Assembly (NCBI GenBank): GCA_030704615.1 | Contig: CM060732.1 | Location: 71,424,001-71,488,000, forward strand | Length of the DNA: 64,000 nt | From: Takakia lepidozioides | Lineage: Eukaryota; Plantae; Bryophyta | Direction: 5' to 3' | Shown here: piece by piece, positions 39,701 to 51,399 of the stretch | Numbering within the stretch: the first letter of the stretch is position 1 | Layout of the letters: every line of letters begins with the position of its first letter | Notes under the pieces: generated by a model | The model's database searches: none | Told to the model about the DNA's origin: nothing | Seen by the model: the letters and a program-made list of their open reading frames with translations, nothing else | Made by a program: the position numbers and the translations under genes

Positions 39701-41466
39701 TGTTTCTGGACCTGCATGTGATATCCATGTTCAAAGCTCTAGTTTGTAAGAATATTAAAAGTTCAAGAACAATGTTATGGTCACAATGGCAGTGACAATT
39801 ATGAATCCAGTTCACACAATTCCATATTTCGGCAAGCAAGAAAATCAAGCCCCCTCAGGCAAAAACATGACCCCTAGGCTCCTGACAAACCAGAACAGGC
39901 ACCCCCAGCATATCTTCCCCTTTCGCTTTCCATGGACGTTATAAAGTACCATTTCATCTCATTTCTCCTATTGGGATGAACTCCAGAGGGAGACAAGCTT
40001 AGTAAGACCATTGAAGAACATACCACCCAAGTGTGATATCGTTCAGCAAAAGAAATACTGTTGAGGTTATTTGTTGGCTTCATGAACAGGTGGAATTAAA
40101 GGGGTGCTTGAAGGGCCTTCCCATTTTGGGAACTGGACTCCAGTGAAAACCAAAAGTAGGATGCTTACGTGTTAAAAACGAGCTAACCCAACTAGGACAA
40201 AGAGCAACAGGCCAACTTGGGGGTCTGATGTCAAAGAGCATACATTGACTGCCCAGTGCAGTAGACAATCACCTGAATATTCCCACTTCCCTAACATCAA
40301 AAGACTCACAGAATTGTGCAGTTTAACAGGCTCCAGATAAGGTCCAAAGCTGTGACTATCCTTGGCTTTAAAATTTGATGGTCCACAATTGCCTGTCCAA
40401 CTTTCATATTAACACAAACTGTAACGGACAGCATTGACGTACCATTCAAGGCCATGTGCAGCTGCAATATCTTCTGCTGCAGCTGTCTACAAAGCTGCGG
40501 TAGTAAGTTCCGAGAAGATGCCCTGTCCGCTTCTTGAGACATCTGTGATAATACTGCTCGGATTTCCTGCAACCAATTGAACCAGGATTTTTGAGTTTGT
40601 ACAATACAACAAGAGATGAAGCTATTCTTCAGCCACACATTTCTTCCACAACATAGGATTGCAAATTACAATCTTTCTCAAGGCTCCCTGGAGTCATTGA
40701 TACGGATGAAGCTTCATTCGGCAGACCTTGCCAATCACAGATATCCACATTGAGAAAAAAGTGGGAAGAATGTACACAAGAAGGGAATAACCTTAATCTC
40801 CATGATGATAGCTTGTAATCGCTTTGACTTCAGTCGGCGCCGTACCCGTGCCCCCTCCGTCACTGCTTGAATTTTCCCCAATGACCAAACAAAAAGTTCT
40901 GCCATCCCAGTGAAATACTTTAACAATACATTTCCTCGAGCTCTGTTCAGATTCAGCTACCCAAAGAGGGACTTGGTACCCAACTTCTACAAATCCTTTT
41001 GAATATTCAGGGTCTACCAAAACACCAGATAACAGTCTTGTTCAGAATTAGGTTGGGTAAGTGGTGTAAAGATTTCTGTGATTGCAAATTATCAAACTAT
41101 TCTATGATATTTTGTTTGGTTCTGAACTTGCTTATGAGACTGGAAGTCATTTACAATTGTTGTCTGATCGTCTTTTGCACCCTAATACATACACATATAT
41201 ATGTAGATATCTATATATATACATGTATGTATGAGGATCTTCTAATAAAGGGTGCTCAAAGGGGACAAGATATCCAGATATCAGCTCGTATGTGTAGTTG
41301 AACAACAAATTTCTGAGTAGTATTATCATAAGTTAAACTATGAGATACTCTTTCCACTGCATACAATTTCTCTTACTGATTTCTTGAAACATACATATTA
41401 CTTACCAAAAGACGGAGGCCTGAGACTTCTGGTCAGCTGCCTCCGCTTTACCAGGCTGTAGTAATC
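36745..41466 (-). CDS. Multi-exon hypothetical protein with a degenerate IQ motif and two tau-like S-K-V motifs
   Basis: Phase-consistent exons: 41406-41466 (DYYSLVKRRQ..), ~40792-40898 (KIQAVTEGARVRRRL), ~40443-40566, ~39200-39570, ~38505-38800 (PKRPFLRRKS..KLDWSK), ~37411-37509 (VKPMVSSHL) and ~36745-37096 (TNYSKVQSRL). Start and end are uncertain. Confidence 0.6.
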
Positions 41467-43559
41467 CTGCACATAGCTTGTAAGTGGTTTCAGACTATTT
41501 CTTCAAACTTAGCTGTTCCTTCAGCATACTATGGTAGTCATTAGGCTGGGCATTTAGCAGGAATTACATCAATCAACATCACACTCTAAAGTTTCAAGCC
41601 AGGTACAAGCACACAAGGAACCCATGCTTCCCCCACAAATGGACCTTTTCTGCAAAGCACATCAAGCTGATTCATGCCTGGATTCCAACCAAAAATTAAA
41701 CTCGGTGATGGGTTCACTTTTCCACAGTTCAGGCCTGCAAGAGATGTGAGGATCATTGTGCCTTAAAAGCCCCAAAACCAAGGGCTGACAGAGAAGCCCT
41801 GAGCACACTTATTGACACTTCAGGAGCACTGAAGACAATCAAGTTGTCCTTCTCCTGTGTAGTTTTCTTTCAAAATATATTTACGACCCAGTAACAGCGT
41901 TCATAATTGAATATGAAGAGCCTGACTGAAAGCACTCAATCGGTCTAGGTTGTGGTGAGTGGTGACCACTTTCTAGGGTTTAGTAACCATCTTGTAAAAA
42001 ATTTCTAGTCGGCACTTTCCTGAAGGAAGTTGATGCGCTCATTGTGCACAGAATGTATGTCATCTGGTTGGGCATGGCTAATAATCAACCAATGATAAGT
42101 TGGGTGCAAATGAATCTGAAGACAACTTCAATGAATACAGTGTTGGGATTTACTAGCTCCTCTCTCCCTACTTTCCTATCCTCCAATCCTGTCTCACTTC
42201 TTGGAAGAGGAGGATTGAATGTACTTGCAGAGTGGTCGCTGCCTGTTCCAGTTTACAGTAATGAAGTTGGTTGTGCCCCGTGGGCATCTCTGGTATGTGA
42301 TCAACAGCAGTCAGGCCATATTGCTCCTCCAAGTCTATACGCTTCGCTCTTCTCTGAAAAGAATACTTGCGCCAATGCCGCTGGATGCATGCTGCCGCAT
42401 GATGCCTGCCCTCGGGTCCATTTAGCTGACCAAGAACATATCAAATTTAAGTCTTACAATACTGGTTTATGCTCAAGTGAAGTGAGTTTTGAGGCTAAAA
42501 ACTTAGCCGAGCACATCCTCACTAGGTATTCACTCAAATATCAGTGAAAGAAATGGGGATCCTTTTCGAGAAAGTTGCTACGCAGATGAGTGCAGCTCAG
42601 TTGGCTATTTTGACAGAGCTGTTGCCATTCAAGTGGAAAATTATGAATCACTCAAACTGTTATCCAAATTAAGATGTGTTACAGTATGATGTAGCGTTAA
42701 GCTATTAGTAGAGACTAGAACACTTGTACCACCATTGTATATTACAACCATTTCTTACCTATAACAACAACACAACACAGTAGTCTCTTTCTTATTACTA
42801 TGTCATTATGAAGTTTCTATCTCTCTATTTCTCTTTATCTCTCGCACTAATCTGTTTGGTAAAAGACGTACCAGGTATGGGTTGCGCTCTAACAGCACCA
42901 AGGGGGAAGTGTCTTTGAGGGCCCACTGCGCCATCTCTGGGCACGCCTCTTCTCGCCACCCAGAGTCTAATCCCCTCTGCGTGATAAAAATGTCAGTTCT
43001 CATAGCCACCTCTGTTCTCTGTCTAAACCCCTCTGCGATAGAAATATTGGTTTCATACCACCATGTACTCTGCATTGCAAAAGGACAGTGTGCGTACATA
43101 TGGGCTACTCAGACAGCAGAGGGGATCCATCCAAATGATGTTTAACCCTCGTTAATATACCATGATAATATACCATCGTTCCGGTTCAAGCTCTCTGATT
43201 CAAGTAGGCCACTTACTAAGGCCTTCAGCCAAATCAACACAATAATCCATAATAATCCATAATCAACCCAGCCTGTGGTTATGCAAGGCCCCAGACATCC
43301 CTGCAGCGAAGCCTTGGAAGATGAATTTCTTCTTCTCTCTTTCCCCCTTTATAAGGGAGTTTTTGTTCTTCTACATTGTGTTGCCCCTTGTTGCCCCCGT
43401 GGAAGTTGTAAAGTAATCGTCTTTCCTCCGAGAATGCTTGGGTCTAGAGGTAGAGATGACAGGATGGATAATGAACGTTTCTGTTTTCAATGCCATTTGT
43501 ACTAAGAAATCCGGGGGTGATACTATGTCTATGCCGATATAGCCCATACCTTGAAGAGG

Positions 43560-44570
43560 TGTTCCACTACCAGGATCAGATGAGGCACTACATTTTGCTG
43601 TTTTTGGGCTTGCTGTGGGCCTTACTCTTGTTCTTCTGTCCCATATGTTGTTCCCAGCACAAACTGGGCATAGGTGGTCCTCACATTGCAGGTTTTCCCA
43701 CCACGAGTCTCTCTATCTGCAGACTGTGGGAACCTACCCTAATGCGAAAGAAAGAATGAAATGGAAGGACACTTTATTATGTCTGTGGAAAGCTCAAGGA
43801 GAATGAAGAACATTTCTTCTTTCACTGCCCTTTCTACTCAAGATCCGTGGGAGATTCAATCGTCTATTCTGTGATACCCAATCTCTCATGGAGGTCTTCC
43901 ATTACGAGGATCAGAAATGCTTGGCAACTTGGCATTCACTCTCAGACAATCCCTTGAGCAATAGTTGCTTTTGGGCTGCTTCTGGCTCCACTCTTTGTCT
44001 TTTATTCTATTATTCCCTTGGTCCTACTCTCATGAGAGAGACGCCCTCTTCAAATCCATCAAGGGAATTGTGCCTGAACCTCTGTTTACCAACTTCGAAA
44101 GTCTCGAGGCTGAGCCAAAAGCCCAGGCCCTTTTGGGGCCTAGTTATGGGCAGACCACACACAGCAGATTGATGCTTGTGTGAAGGGATTTCTAGAGGAT
44201 ATCTGGAAAACTCGGATTAATAGTCAGTTCCAAGGTGAGTCATACTACCGGCGTCAGCCCCTGAAAAGGTAGTTTCTGTCCCTTTGTGTTCCGCTCAGTT
44301 TCGCGGGTCAATGGCCACAAGGCTACGGCAAACAACATCTTACGAGTACATTCCTTTATTCCCTTGAGCAGTAGTTGCTTTTGGGCTGCTTCTGGCTCTG
44401 TCTTTCTTTTTTGTTTCTTGCTTTCCTATTGTCCCATAAGCTCTCTGAGCTTTCTGCGGCCGTTATAAAGTTCCATTTCATTTCATTCTTCTTGTTTCCT
44501 GCTTTCCTTTTGTCCCATAAGCTCCTTGAGCTTTCTGCAGACGTTATAAAGTTCCATTTCATTTCATTTC
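43560..44570 (+). mobile_element. Cluster of LINE 3' ends: family 2 copies with a family 1 fragment (44030-44352) nested among them
   Basis: Family 2: HKLGI..ICRL, EEHFFFHCPFYS.IRGRF, and (TTTCA)n-like tails at ~44475-44487 and 44555-44569. Family 1: GAGACGCCCTCTTCAAATCCATCAAGGGAATTG...GGCCACAAGGCTACGGCAAACAAC, matching 34895-35215. Confidence 0.85.
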
Positions 44571-44959
44571 TCTCGAGCCTACTCCAACCCACTTTCATTG
44601 CTAAGATCAAGATTTCTCCCCGTGCCTTTTGGTTCCTTCTTAGCCCTCACAGAAACCCAATCTCCGTCACAGACATCCACATTTGGCAAGGGTATGCTCA
44701 GTCGTTAAATAACTCTCCACACCAGCCTCCTCTTACAATAACTTTGAAACCTCTGCACTTCTTCTTCACCACATCCAATGTGAGCAAGGCGGCAAGAAAT
44801 TGCAGAATGGCAGAGCACTGGACCTGTCAGGGCTTTAGACTGAATTATGAAGCACACGGCGGCAACTTTGGCCCCATTTATAGCACGTCTGTTCACTGAA
44901 GCAGTGCAGCATGCTGGACAAAAAACATCATCCACCCCCTCTTCAAGAGTGGTGACAAG

Positions 44960-46100
44960 CTTGAACCGAACAATGACCACACATTATGATTTCTTCATTA
45001 CTGGCTAAATTGTTTGGGAAGTTGTGGCCATGGAACTGGATGATTGGACTGAAAACTCTCAGCTTTGTGCCGGGGGGCAGGCTTCATCCACCCTTGACCA
45101 TATCACACTCTTCAAACTATGGTAGAACAAGCAGGCTACGACAAAAGAATGGTAAATGCTTGCTCCGTGGACTTCCAAAGGCTTTCGATTCAGTCCCTTG
45201 GGCCCTGCTTCTTGAAAGGTTACGCAGGATGCAGGTCCCCCGAACATCATATGAGCCATTTTATCCATGTATGAGACAGTCATTGGTCAAGGTTTCAGGG
45301 GAGTTCTCCGCAGAGGTGCACAGCAACATTGGGGTCAAATAGGGCTGCCCTCTCTCACCTACCCTATTTGGCATTTATATAGATGCTTTGGAAGGACACA
45401 TTGCAAAAATAATGGAGTGGAGGTGCCTTTGGATGCGGGACCAACACCATTAGTACTTCTCTACTCTGACGATGCTGTTCAATTGGCACAATCTCCTGTC
45501 TTCCTTCAACGACACCTTCACATCCTCGAGGACTCCTCCAAAGACTATGGGTTGCAGGTCAACCTAAGCAAACTTATGATCATGGTTTTCAATGGCCATG
45601 CCACCAGCAAGAGCTTGAAGTCATGAAATCATACCCATACCTGGGGTTGGTTATTTACTCACCCAAATTTCAGTTTGCACCAACAGCTATGGACAGATTA
45701 GCTGCCTCCATACACCTTCAGGCTAAATACAAACAAATACACCTGCGCCTCCACCCCCCCCCCTCCACCCCCACCAAAGAGAGGCTCTTCGACTCAGTTG
45801 TCACCCCTGCCACCACTTATGGCTGTGAGTTCTGGGCACCTGGTGTCCCAGTTTCCTGGTGGGGGAAAAATCAAGAAACCACTGCAATCATCTTTCCTCC
45901 AAGGAATGCTTGGAGCTAGAGGGATAACACCATCACAAATTCTGTGTGCAGAATTTGCATGTGTCCCACTTCAACCGAGGCCATCTTCCGGCTTACAATC
46001 TTTCTTACAAGGTGTACAAGCCCTTCCACCCAAAGGGTTGGCAGCCTGGATCCTCACAACATCTATTAGGCTGGTTTCAAGCGCCACTATTGGTATGCTC
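44960..46100 (+). pseudogene. Heavily decayed non-LTR reverse transcriptase
   Basis: Frameshifted motifs KAFDSVP, IGVK*GCPLSPTLFGIYID, LLYSDD, YPYLGL and LFDSVVTP..TYGCEFW. Confidence 0.85.
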
Positions 46101-46736
46101 AGGTGAGCGCACTGGACTCTCCATTGCTTCCCTACTGCCACAAAATACGATGGGGGTGGAAATTGCAAGAAGGAGTGGTCTCAAGCAAGGCCACCAAAAA
46201 GAACAGCCAGATTTTGGAGGAGGCAAGCACGCACAGGAATGGCGAAATTGGACTGGATTCAGTTGAAGGGGCAACGGAGAATGACCACAGCACTAGCGCC
46301 CAGAGGTCCATGCATACACCCCAAATCCATTCCCGACTAGAGGAGGAAGAAGAACTTAGAGAGGGAGGGTCCAGCTTAGGACGGAAGGAATGGATATCAG
46401 GAAAGTTGAAGCATTACTATGATGAAGAGAGGGGAGTGCATTATGTACAATTTGTGTGGGAGCATGGCCTCTGGACTTTCTAAGGGAGGAAAGGGTGGAA
46501 AGCCAGGCAGAAAACTTGAGCATTGCGAGGCCAGCAGCTTGTGCAGTCTTTTGTTCAAGTTTTCTGTAAGGTTTTGCTTTCCCATTCTCCACCCTGCAGC
46601 CCATGATTGTAGTTTTCTCGCTTTTGTTTCTACATGGTGCTCAGGGCTTCATTCCAAATTGGAGGGGAAGGCTGAGGATGTATTCATGATTTGTACACAG
46701 GCAGGGATAGCTGAAGGACCAGGAATAGAGGTCCAA

Positions 46737-47800
46737 ATTCATCCAAGAGGGCCAGATTTCAAGCACAAGATTACTTATGATTCCCTGTGGATCAATAGCT
46801 ACAAGAAATATGCGTGGGTAGATGGTCAACTGGAAACAGCAGCGGCAGCAGCACAATTGATAGAACAAGGCACTGCTAATGAAGGCACCTTCTTCAACAC
46901 ATTTCAGCCTGTTTTTCCCTGTTATCAGAGTCGTCCCTAAATTTTCATGTTGAATTCTGCAAGTTAGCTCATTGGTGGATCTATGGTGGTTTTGGAGTGA
47001 TTTTGACATGTTACTGCCAATGTGGCAACAGTATCGAAAAACAGATAACAGAGACGAGGAGAAGCTCTGGAATGAACACGTTTCCGACTGCAGTCAAGGG
47101 TGAAACAAAAAGGTGAATGCCTGTTGGAAGCTAGGAACTAGTGTGATAAGTATGGTTGGGGTGTTTGCTGGAAGAAATCTAGGCTGTCACAGGCATGGAT
47201 AGCTGAAGGAGCAGGGATAGAGTGTGGGTCCAGATTCATCCAAGAGGGCCGGATTCCCTGTGGAAGGATAGCTACACAAGAAACCTACATGGGTAGATGG
47301 TCAACTGGAAGCCGCAGCAGCAGCGGCACAATTGATAAAATCAGGCACTGCTAATGAAGGCGCCTTCTTCAACACATTTCACCCTGTTTTTCCCTCTTAT
47401 CAGAATCGGCCCTAAATTTTCATGTTGAATTCTGCAAGTTAGCTGGTTGAGTGAACCTTTGATAGTTTGGAGTGACTTTGACATGATACTGCCAATGTGA
47501 CAACAGGAAAGTATCCAGAAACAGGTAACAGAGAAGAGAAGCTGTGGAATGAATACTTTTCTGACCCCAGTCAATGGTGGGACAATCGAGGCAAAAAGGT
47601 GAATGCCTGTTGGATTACAGAGAGTAGCAGATGCAATTGAGCATGGGAACTAGTGTGATACGCTGAGTTGAGTGTTTTCTAGAACAAATCTAGGCTTTCA
47701 TTGTCAGCTGCTAGCAGCAAGGCAAGGATGTATGCACGATCTGTGCAGAGGCATGGATAGCTGAAGGAGCAGGGATAGAGTGTGGCTCCAGATTCATCCA
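46737..47800 (+). pseudogene. Tandem intron-containing OSB-type PDF motif units (~490-bp period)
   Basis: Exon B (46737-~46884) IHPRGPDFKHKITYDSLWINSYKKYAWVDGQL. Degenerate exon A/B pair at 47032-47360. Intact exon A at 47507-47598, GKYPETGNREEKLWNEYFSDPSQWWDNRGKK|gt. A joined to B reproduces the PDF consensus LW..FF..P..WWDNR..K.NP..PDFKHK..G..LW.....P.WV...L. One acceptor is mutated (AG>AA at 46735-6), and there is a 24-nt deletion and a stop. Confidence 0.88.
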
Positions 47801-49587
47801 TTTGTGAGGCAGGCAGACTGAAAGAGGCTCTAGAGACTTTAAACCAAGGAGGCATTTCAGCAGATTCCGATACGTATGTCTGTCTCTTGCATAAGTGCAT
47901 CAAGATGAAAGGCCTGGAAGCTGGAAAGCAGGTGCACACATTATCCAAAGTGGATTCACGCCAAAGGTTTTTCTACTCAACACCCTTGTCAACATGTATG
48001 TTAAGTGCGGGAGCATCATGGATGCTCACCAAGTGTTCAACAGAATGCCTCAACGATCTTTGATCACGTGGAATATAATGGTGACATCGTCAAAGCTGAA
48101 ATTGTACCAGATGTCATTCTGAACACTGCCCTGGTGAACATGTATGCCAATTGTGGGTGCATGGAGGATGCAAAGGGAGTTTTCAACACTATGGCTGAAC
48201 CAAATGTGGTGTGGTGGAATGCGATGCTTGCAGGGTATGCACAGCAGGGACGTGGTATGGAGGCTTTGGACACCTATGATCAAATGATGGGGGAAGGGGT
48301 GGAGCCCAACCACATCACGTTTGTGCTTGTGCAAGCCTGGCAGCCCTGGAAAAGGGCAAAGAGGTGCATGGTGACATCATCAAAGCTGGAATTGTACCAA
48401 ATGTCATTCTGAACACTGCCCTGGCAGCTCTGGAAAAGGGGAAAGAGGTCCATGGCGACATCGTCAGAGCTGGAATTGTACCAAATGTCATTCTAAACAA
48501 TACCCTGGTGGACATGTATGCAAAATGTGGGTGCATCGAGGATGCAGAGGGAGTGTTCGACAGTATGGCTGGACGAGATGTGGTGTCGTGGACTGCGATG
48601 ATTGCAGGATATGCACAGCAGGGGCGCGGGATGGAAGCTTTGGAGACCTATGAGCAAATGATGGGGGAAGGGGTGAAGCCCAACCACATCACGTTTGTGT
48701 GCGTTTGCAATGCGTGTGCAAGCCTGGCAGCACTGGGAAAGGGCAAAGAGGTCCATGGTGACATCATCAAAGCTGCAATTGTACCAAATGTCATTCTGAA
48801 CGCTGCCCTGGCAGCTCTGGAAAAGGGGAAAGCGGTCCATGGCGACATCATCAGAGCTGGAATTGTACCAAATGTCATTCTAACAAATATCCTGGTGGAC
48901 ACGTATGCAAAATGTGGGTGCATCGGGGATGCAAAGGGAGTGTTCGACACTATGGCTGAACGAGATGTAGTGTCGTGGAGTGCGATGATTGCAGGATATG
49001 CACAGCAAGGGAGCGGGATGGAGGCTTTGGAGACCTATGATCGAATGATGTGTGAAGGAGTGAAGCCCAACCCCATCACGTTTGTGTGCATTTGCAATGC
49101 GTGTGCAAGCCTGGCAGCTCTGGAAAACGGCAAAGAGGTCCATGGTGACATGTATGCCAAATGTGGGAGCATCGAGGATGCGAAGGGAGTGTTCGACAGT
49201 ATGGCTGAACGAGATGTGGTGTCATGGAGTGCGATGATTGCAGGATGGGGCGCAGGATGGAGGCTTTGGAGACCTATGAGCAAATGATGGGGGAAGGGGT
49301 GAAGCCCAACCACATCACGTTTGTCTGCGTTTGCAATGCGTGTGCGAGCCTGGCAGCCCTGGGAAAGAGCAAAGAGGTCCATGGTGATATCATCGAAGCT
49401 GCAATTGTACCAAATGTCATCCTGAACACTGCCCTGGTGGACATGTATGCCAAATGTGGGAGCATGGAGGATGCGAAGGGAGTGTTCACCAATATGGCTG
49501 AACGAAATGTGGTGTCGTGGATCACAATGCTTGCAGGGTATGCACAGCAGGGGCCGGGATGGAGGCTTTGGAGACCTATGAGCAAAT
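47801..49587 (+). pseudogene. PLS-class pentatricopeptide repeat array, frameshifted and internally deleted; no E/DYW domain present
   Basis: Repeating P (VVSWTAMIAGYAQQGRGMEALETYEQMMGEGVKPN), L (HITFVCVCNACASLAALGKGKEVHGDIIKAGIVPN) and S (VILNNTLVDMYAKCGCIEDAEGVFDSMAGRD) motifs across ORFs 47782, 47895, 48005, 48364 and 49224. Confidence 0.95.
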
Positions 49588-50067
49588 GTGTGATAAGTGT
49601 GTTTCCTAGAACAAATCTAGGATGTCATTGTCAGCTGCTAGCAGCAAGGCAAGGATGTATGCATGATTTGTGCAGAGGCATGGATAGCTGAAGGAGCAGG
49701 GATAGAGAGTGTGGGTCCAGATTCTTCCAAGAGGGCCAGATTTCAAGCACAAGATTACCTATGATTCCCTGTGGATCAATAGGTACAAGAAACCTGCATG
49801 GGTAGATGGTCAACTAAAGGCAGCAGCTGCAGCGGCACAGTTGATAGAATCAGGCACCTCAACCATGACCACACCTTCTGAAAGAGGATCAAGAGAGGGA
49901 GTCCAGAATGCCTCTTCTGGCACTTCTGGGCATGTGAAGATACTTTGTGCGGCAGGCAGACTGAAAGAGGCTCTAGAGACTTTAAACCAAGGAGGCATTT
50001 CGGCAGATTCAGATACGTATGTCTGTCTCTTGCTTAAGTGCATCAAGATGGAAGGTCTGGAAGCTGG
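49588..50067 (+). pseudogene. Duplicated segment: intron + PDF exon B read in frame into the start of the PPR array
   Basis: After the acceptor at 49719-49720: ILPRGPDFKHKITYDSLWINRYKKPAWVDGQL-linker-LCAAGRLKEALETLNQGGISADSDTYVCLLLKCIKMEGLEAG in one uninterrupted frame. The PPR part is nearly identical to 47801-47924. Confidence 0.9.
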
Positions 50068-51139
50068 TTGTATGGTCTTTGGGGTTGTGGTGTGGGGGTG
50101 GTAGCCATCGTTGGTTAAAATTGGGAGTGGTGGTGATAACTGGAGGGGGGAGCATTAATCCAGTTTAGTGTTTTGGCCATTAAGGGGGTGTTATTCTCAT
50201 AATCGTTGATAGGATGGAGCAGCTGGGGTGGGTTATCTGTTTGCAGAGAGCCTCCAGCGAGGGGGTGAAGTGCTGGGGCATTAAGGGGCTTATAAAGTAG
50301 GATGTCAGGTGTGTGTCTAGGCAGAAAAAGCCTGGCATGAATGCTCCTGTCTAGTGTGGAGGCGGGCTGAGCATCATAGTGGGGGTATGGTATGTAATAG
50401 GGATGTGCATGGAGTAGGTGGTATAGTGGAGATATAAGGACTCCGTTAGGGTCCGAGCTGCTACGCAGCCCAACTTTGAGAATGAGGGGCTTCCATTTCC
50501 TTTCTCTTCAAACTCTCTTGCAGAAGTACCGGCTGGTTGGATCCCAGAGGATCCTGGCCATCCTTTTCTCAAAGCACAGACCTTCCCCCTCCACCAAATA
50601 CATGGGCTTCGAGAAGACGATCCAAAAGCTGTGACACATCCTCTTCCGAGTGGCTAATTACACCTATAACTACAACCCCATTGCTTCCTGGCAATGGTGC
50701 CCATAAAGAACTGGTGACAGAAGACCCAGGCCCCGAGCGACCTGCTGCAGCAAAAGCATGAGAAATGACGAGGGTGGGAGCGAGATTGATGGAGAGTTGG
50801 ATGTCGAGGGCGGAGGGTTCGAAGGGGAAGAGCGCCTGTTGGTAGAGTGAGGAGAAGCAGGCAATGGGAAAGAATGTTGGGGTGGAGAGGAGGGTGGAGA
50901 GGACGCTGTTGAGGGCGGGGAAAGAGGGATGGTTGCCAGTACACCTGCTGAGGCAGCGGATGCCGAAGATGGGAAGGACAAAGACGGCGATGGATTGGGT
51001 CCCGAAGAGGGTGGCCGTGACAGCATGCGCACGCTCATGGTGCAATGTCCCTCTCTCAGGATCAGAATTTCTCCCGATAGATTTACAGTTCTGTCGTTAG
51101 AGTGCCTGGTTTCCATGTCTGCCTGACATGCAGTTTCTG

Positions 51140-51239
51140 ATGCATCTGTTGTGGTTTGGAGTGACTTTGACATGATACTGCCAATGTGACAACAGGAAAG
51201 TATCCAAAAACAGGTAACAGAGATGAGGAGAAGCTGTGG
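51140..51239 (+). pseudogene. Further fragment of the PDF unit (intron end + start of exon A)
   Basis: TTTGGAGTGACTTTGACATGATACTGCCAATGTGACAACAG|GAAAGTATCCAAAAACAGGTAACAGAGATGAGGAGAAGCTGTGG matches 47466-47547. Confidence 0.85.
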
Positions 51240-51399
51240 TAGCATGATGTCAATGGTAGACCTTAATGTAGCAGCAGACTATCATTCGGCCACAAGGACA
51301 TTGTAATATCGGGTTGGTGTTTCAAAACCGGCTCTGGAAGAGTTAGCAGCCTGCTTGAGCCATACTCGCAACTGAGTGTCAGAGCTAACGTCCACAGGG

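Noticed and set aside
42044-42547. 167-aa plus-strand ORF
   Set aside because: No recognisable motif, non-ATG start and no supporting exon structure.
46103-46483. Possible SSB/OB-fold exon upstream of the PDF units (WISGKLKHYYDEERGVHYVQF)
   Set aside because: Only a vague resemblance, with no other SSB motifs and no splice link to the PDF exons that I can support.
46860-47506. GC-AG introns between PDF exon B and the next exon A
   Set aside because: Phase logic suggests a GC donor (GAAG|GC), but the copies are degenerate and this cannot be established without transcripts.
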